Shown one piece after another: positions 63,119-64,000 of a stretch of 64,000 bases of DNA (its first letter is position 1; each line of letters starts with the position of its first letter). Source of the DNA: Octopus bimaculoides (Eukaryota); NCBI RefSeq assembly GCF_001194135.2, contig NC_068982.1, positions 45,122,256 through 45,186,255 of the forward strand, in the 5' to 3' direction. Below the pieces are notes generated by a model. It was not told the DNA's origin. It was given only the letters and a program-made list of their open reading frames with translations, and ran no database searches. Position numbers and translations under genes: made by a program.

Positions 63119-64000
63119 CTAGAAACAAAACAAATGAATTAGCTTTAGATTTTTTTCTATCAAAACTTCAGTTAAATTTTCTCAGAACTTGTAAAATTGT
63201 TAACTTATTAAAAGATTATTTAAAAGGCATCAGTAGAAAATAACACTAAAGATAGTTATTAATTATTATTTCATCCTTTTGGGGTTGATGAAATAAGTAC
63301 TAGTTGAAAACTGGAGTCGATGTAATCAACTTATCCCCACCACCAAAATTTCAGGCCTTGTGCCTATAGCAGAAAAGATTATTATTATTATTATTAAGGT
63401 GGCGAATTAGTAGAATTGCTTTAATGATGCCTTCTACTGGAAGCACAAGACCTCAGATTTGGGGGAAGGGATTAAGTCGATTACATCGACTCTAGTGCAT
63501 AACTGGTTATTTAATCAACCCCAAAAGGATGAAAGGCAAAGTCGGCCCCGGTGGAATTTGAACTCAGAACGTAGTGACAGACAAAATACCGCTAAGCATT
63601 TCACCAGCACATTAGACAAAATGCTAAGTAGTATTTCTTCAGGCTCATTACATTCTGAGTTGAAACTCCATGGAGATTGATTTTGCGTTCCATCCTTTCA
63701 GGGTTGATAAAATAATACCAGTTGAGCACAAGGGTCAATATAATTGACTTACACCTCTCCCTTCAAAATTGCCAGTCTTATGTAAAAATTAGAAAGAATT
63801 ATTATTTTGGCAATGAACTGGCAGAATTGTTAATATTTAGTCAAAATGCTTAATGGCATTGTGTCTGACATGTTTTTGAGTTTAAATTTTGCTAAGGTCA
63901 GCTTAAATTTGCATCCTTTCAGGGTTGATAAAATAAGTACAAGTTGAATACTGGGATTGATGTATTCAACTAACCCACTTCCCTGAAATTGCTGGCCTTG

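Overview
AT-rich, repeat-dense animal genomic DNA with five N gaps. The SINE set, (TA)n/(CA)n load and large introns point to a coleoid cephalopod, most likely Octopus (inference). Two host genes lie in tandem on the minus strand. (1) The 5' end of acetyl-CoA carboxylase (ACC): a Met-containing Ser/acidic exon at 32050-32271 splices in phase 2 across a 31 kb intron to exon 847-970 (HTMSGVNL...DFTVATPEEFVKKFGGNKVINT). A candidate non-coding first exon has its donor at 41682. (2) The last three coding exons of an importin-alpha of the KPNA1/5/6 clade (63118-62991, 60149-59974, 58926-58736). Most of the rest is transposon-derived: tRNA-headed SINEs, an RTE-tailed SINE, RTE LINEs, Penelope, Gypsy, mariner, hAT fossils and MITEs, piggyBac-type MITEs, and GG-ended palindromic MITEs with telomere-motif cores. 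Most ORFs in the supplied track are microsatellite, gap or repeat artefacts, and the track misses the ACC 847-970 and importin 62991-63118 exons. Most interesting lead: the AMPK (Ser79-equivalent) motif of ACC is split across the 31 kb intron. Inside that intron is a CpG-retaining island with phase-compatible candidate alternative exons that would remove the motif. Other leads: a gap-free 113 bp x2 hairpin downstream of the importin gene, repeated insertion of one SINE at the same site in another, and the telomere-core MITEs. All splice, isoform and methylation claims are predictions from sequence only.
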